Shown: positions 61,885 through 64,000 of the stretch, piece after piece
Numbering within the stretch: position 1 is the first letter of the stretch
Layout of the letters: every line of letters starts with the position of its first letter
Assembly: GCA_017412765.1 (NCBI GenBank)
Contig: JAFPWN010000015.1
Location: 286-64,285, forward strand
Direction: 5' to 3'
DNA length: 64,000 nucleotides
From: Oscillospiraceae bacterium
GTDB lineage: Bacteria; Bacillota; Clostridia; Oscillospirales; Oscillospiraceae
Program-made: the position numbers and the translations under genes
The notes under the pieces: generated by a model
What the model was told of the DNA's origin: nothing
The model's input: only the letters and a program-made list of their open reading frames with translations
The model's database searches: none

Positions 61885-64000
61885 ATGAAACAGCAGAAAA
61901 ACCGCATGGTGAACGAGCGAGATTTCGTTCAGGATCCGAATTACGTCGCACCCGACAAGGAGAAAGAGGAGCTTATCCTCAAGCTCGGCACGATGATCAC
62001 CGACCGCTATCTCGTTAAGTACACTAACTCCATGAAAACCGACGATCCCGAGTACTGGGCGCTCGACGAGGTGCTGACGAAGGAGGAGGCAAAGCTCCTT
62101 CTGAGCTTCAAAAAGACCCGCGTGCCCTACGATATCGAGGAGATCGCCAAAATGAACGATATGCCCCTCGACGAGTGCAAAAAGATGGTCGATCACCTCG
62201 TCTGGGTCGGCGTGATTGAAACGACGCGCGAAAACGCGGACAAGCATCTCCAGTACAACGTGCCGATCTTCGTTCCCGGCTCCGCCGAGTTTATGATGAT
62301 GAACGACGAGCTGACGGCTCAGCACCCGAAGCTCGCCACCTTCTTCAACCTTATGACTCAGATGCCGCTCGAGAACGTGACCCCGATGATACCGCTCGGC
62401 GGCGCCGGAGTCGGAATGCACGTCATTCCCGTTGAGAAGGCAATCCAGGCGGAGAGCCAGTCCGCCTCGGTCGAGCATATCTCCCACTGGCTCAATAAAT
62501 ACGATAAATACTCCGTCGGTCAGTGCACCTGCCGCAAGCAGCAGCAGATGCGCGGCGAGGGCTCCGGCGAGATAAACGGCGAGTTCTGCATCGGCGTCGG
62601 CGATATGGCAGAGTACTGCGTTAACCGCGGCATGGGCCGCTACCTCACTTACGACGAGGTGCTCGAGGTCCTCGAGCGCGCCGAGCGCCACGGCTTTGTG
62701 CATCAGGTCACGAACATCGACGGCGAGAATAAGATCGTCGCTATCTGCAACTGCGCTCCCGGCGTGTGCAACGCCCTCAGAACGAGCCAGCTCTACAATA
62801 CGCCGAATATGTCCCGCTCCGCTTACCGCGCTCACGTTGAGAAAGCGAAGTGCGTAGCCTGCGGAAAGTGCGTAGAGGTCTGCCCCGTCGGCGCGGCGAA
62901 GCTCGGCCAGAAGCTCTGCACGAAGCAGGGCGAGATCAAGTATCCCAGGACTCTCCTCCCCGACAACGAAAAGTGGACTGCCGACAACTGGAACGTAAAT
63001 TACCGCGAGGATGCGAAGATAAACTGCTACGATACCGGCACGGCGCCCTGCAAGACCGCGTGCCCGGCTCACCTCGCCGTTCAGGGTTACGTCAAGATGG
63101 CGGCAGAGGGCAGATATATGGAGGCTCTCAAGCTCATTAAGCAGGATAACCCCTTCCCCGCCGTCTGCGGCGCTATCTGCAACCGCCGCTGCGAGGATGC
63201 CTGCACGCGCGGAACGATCGACCAGCCGATCGCTATCGACGAGATAAAGAAGTTCATCGCCGCGCAGGAGCTCCACGCCGACAAGCGCTACGTTCCCATC
63301 TGCGAGAAGGACGACGGCGGAATGTGGGGACCCGATTACAAGATGGCAGTCATCGGCGCCGGCCCCGCCGGTCTCAGCTGCGCCTACTATCTCCGCACAA
63401 GAGGCTACGACGTTACCGTTTTCGAGAAGGCGCACCGCCCCGGCGGTATGCTGACGCTCGGAGTTCCCGGCTTCCGCCTCGAAAAGGACGTTATCGACGC
63501 GGAGATCGACGTTCTCCGTGAGATGGGCGTTGAAATCAAGTGCGGCGTCGAGGTTGGCAAGGACGTAACTATCCAGTCCCTCCGCGCCGAGGGCTACAAG
63601 GCCTTCTACATAGCAATCGGTCTCCAGGGCGGCCGCAAGGCGGGCGTTCCCGGCGAGGACGCCGAGGGCGTAATGAGCGGCGTTGAGTTCCTCAACAAAG
63701 TTAACAGGGACGAGTCCATGAAGCTCAGCGGCGACGTGGTCGTAGTCGGCGGCGGCAACGTCGCGGTAGACGTTGCGAGAAGCGCGCGCAGAGCCGCCTC
63801 CGGCAAGGTCACGATGCTCTGCCTCGAGAGCCGCAGCGAGATGCCCGCCGCGCAGGACGAGGTCGCTGAGGCAGAGGAGGAGGACATCGCCGTTATGAAC
63901 GGCTGGGGCCCGAAGGAGATAATCACCGAGGGCGGCAACGTCAGGAGCATCGTATTCAAAAAGTGCGTTTCCGTATTCGACGAGAGCCGCCGCTTCGCTC
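61885..64000 (+). CDS. Large Fe-S / FAD-NAD(P) oxidoreductase (GltD-like pyridine nucleotide-disulfide oxidoreductase with an N-terminal Cys-rich extension); 3' end outside the window
   Basis: ATG 61885, right after the hypB2 TAA, with GGAGGAGG upstream. I translated about 330 codons by hand without a stop and scanned the rest to 64000 by eye, seeing none: MKQQKNRMVNERDF..QCTCRKQQ..ICNCAPGVCNAL..CVACGKCVEVCP..CPAHLAVQGY..CGAICNRRCEDACTR..MAVIGAGPAGLSCAYYL..VVVVGGGNVAVDVAR... It is not in the track because it has no stop. The 563-aa minus ORF 61744-63435 is its shadow. Confidence 0.85.
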   Translation, partial: MKQQKNRMVNERDFVQDPNYVAPDKEKEELILKLGTMITDRYLVKYTNSMKTDDPEYWALDEVLTKEEAKLLLSFKKTRVPYDIEEIAKMNDMPLDECKKMVDHLVWVGVIETTRENADKHLQYNVPIFVPGSAEFMMMNDELTAQHPKLATFFNLMTQMPLENVTPMIPLGGAGVGMHVIPVEKAIQAESQSASVEHISHWLNKYDKYSVGQCTCRKQQQMRGEGSGEINGEFCIGVGDMAEYCVNRGMGRYLTYDEVLEVLERAERHGFVHQVTNIDGENKIVAICNCAPGVCNALRTSQLYNTPNMSRSAYRAHVEKAKCVACGKCVEVCPVGAAKLGQKLCTKQGEIKYPRTLLPDNEKWTADNWNVNYREDAKINCYDTGTAPCKTACPAHLAVQGYVKMAAEGRYMEALKLIKQDNPFPAVCGAICNRRCEDACTRGTIDQPIAIDEIKKFIAAQELHADKRYVPICEKDDGGMWGPDYKMAVIGAGPAGLSCAYYLRTRGYDVTVFEKAHRPGGMLTLGVPGFRLEKDVIDAEIDVLREMGVEIKCGVEVGKDVTIQSLRAEGYKAFYIAIGLQGGRKAGVPGEDAEGVMSGVEFLNKVNRDESMKLSGDVVVVGGGNVAVDVARSARRAASGKVTMLCLESRSEMPAAQDEVAEAEEEDIAVMNGWGPKEIITEGGNVRSIVFKKCVSVFDESRRFA

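Noticed and set aside
61744-63435. 563-aa minus-strand ORF (also 63606-63959)
   Set aside because: Shadow of the open-ended plus-strand Fe-S flavoprotein gene that starts at 61885 with a strong RBS. The plus frame has recognisable ferredoxin-type and GxGxxG motifs, while the minus translation is low-complexity.

Overview
This is a 64-kb chromosomal segment from a G+C-rich, spore-forming Firmicute. I infer class Clostridia from spoIIE, a CIRCE-controlled hrcA-grpE-dnaK-dnaJ operon, GGAGG-type ribosome-binding sites (RBS) and TTGACA-N17-TATAAT promoters. I can support about 60 protein genes and 4 tRNAs: a Met/Glu/Val cluster on the minus strand and a Ser on the plus strand. I found no rRNA and no CRISPR array. 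The left 12.7 kb (1-12701) looks like a decayed integrated element abutting tRNA-Val. It holds a broken serine recombinase, a sigma-like gene with a premature TAG, a truncated tnpV and two tandem 146-bp copies of the tRNA-Val 3' end. Its cargo is an eight-gene cluster of secreted, lipoprotein and zinc-ribbon membrane proteins of unknown function. The rest is mostly housekeeping: pcrA, udg, a MATE pump, metY, mnmA, tcdA, spoIIE, a UDP-GlcNAc 2-epimerase, a fructokinase-like kinase, ybaK and a cold-shock gene. Several loci are unusual. (1) A tightly coupled six-gene ABC operon embeds a HlyD-type adaptor and a MacB-periplasmic-domain-only protein inside a sugar-importer gene set. (2) Two head-to-head BlaI/BlaR1-type repressor/sensor-protease modules have very large non-PBP ectodomains and back-to-back promoters, each with its own pair of 6-N6-6 operators. 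(3) A regulator has a duplicated HTH module, and the first copy is killed by two stop codons. (4) A small AT-rich islet sits next to tRNA-Ser. (5) Two hypB paralogues lie in tandem upstream of a large Fe-S flavoprotein gene that the ORF track misses because it leaves the window. CDS coordinates follow the ORF track (stop codon included), with starts moved where RBS or overlap evidence was clear. Hand-located motifs may be off by 1-2 nt. All functional calls rest on motif recognition from the translations, not on database searches.
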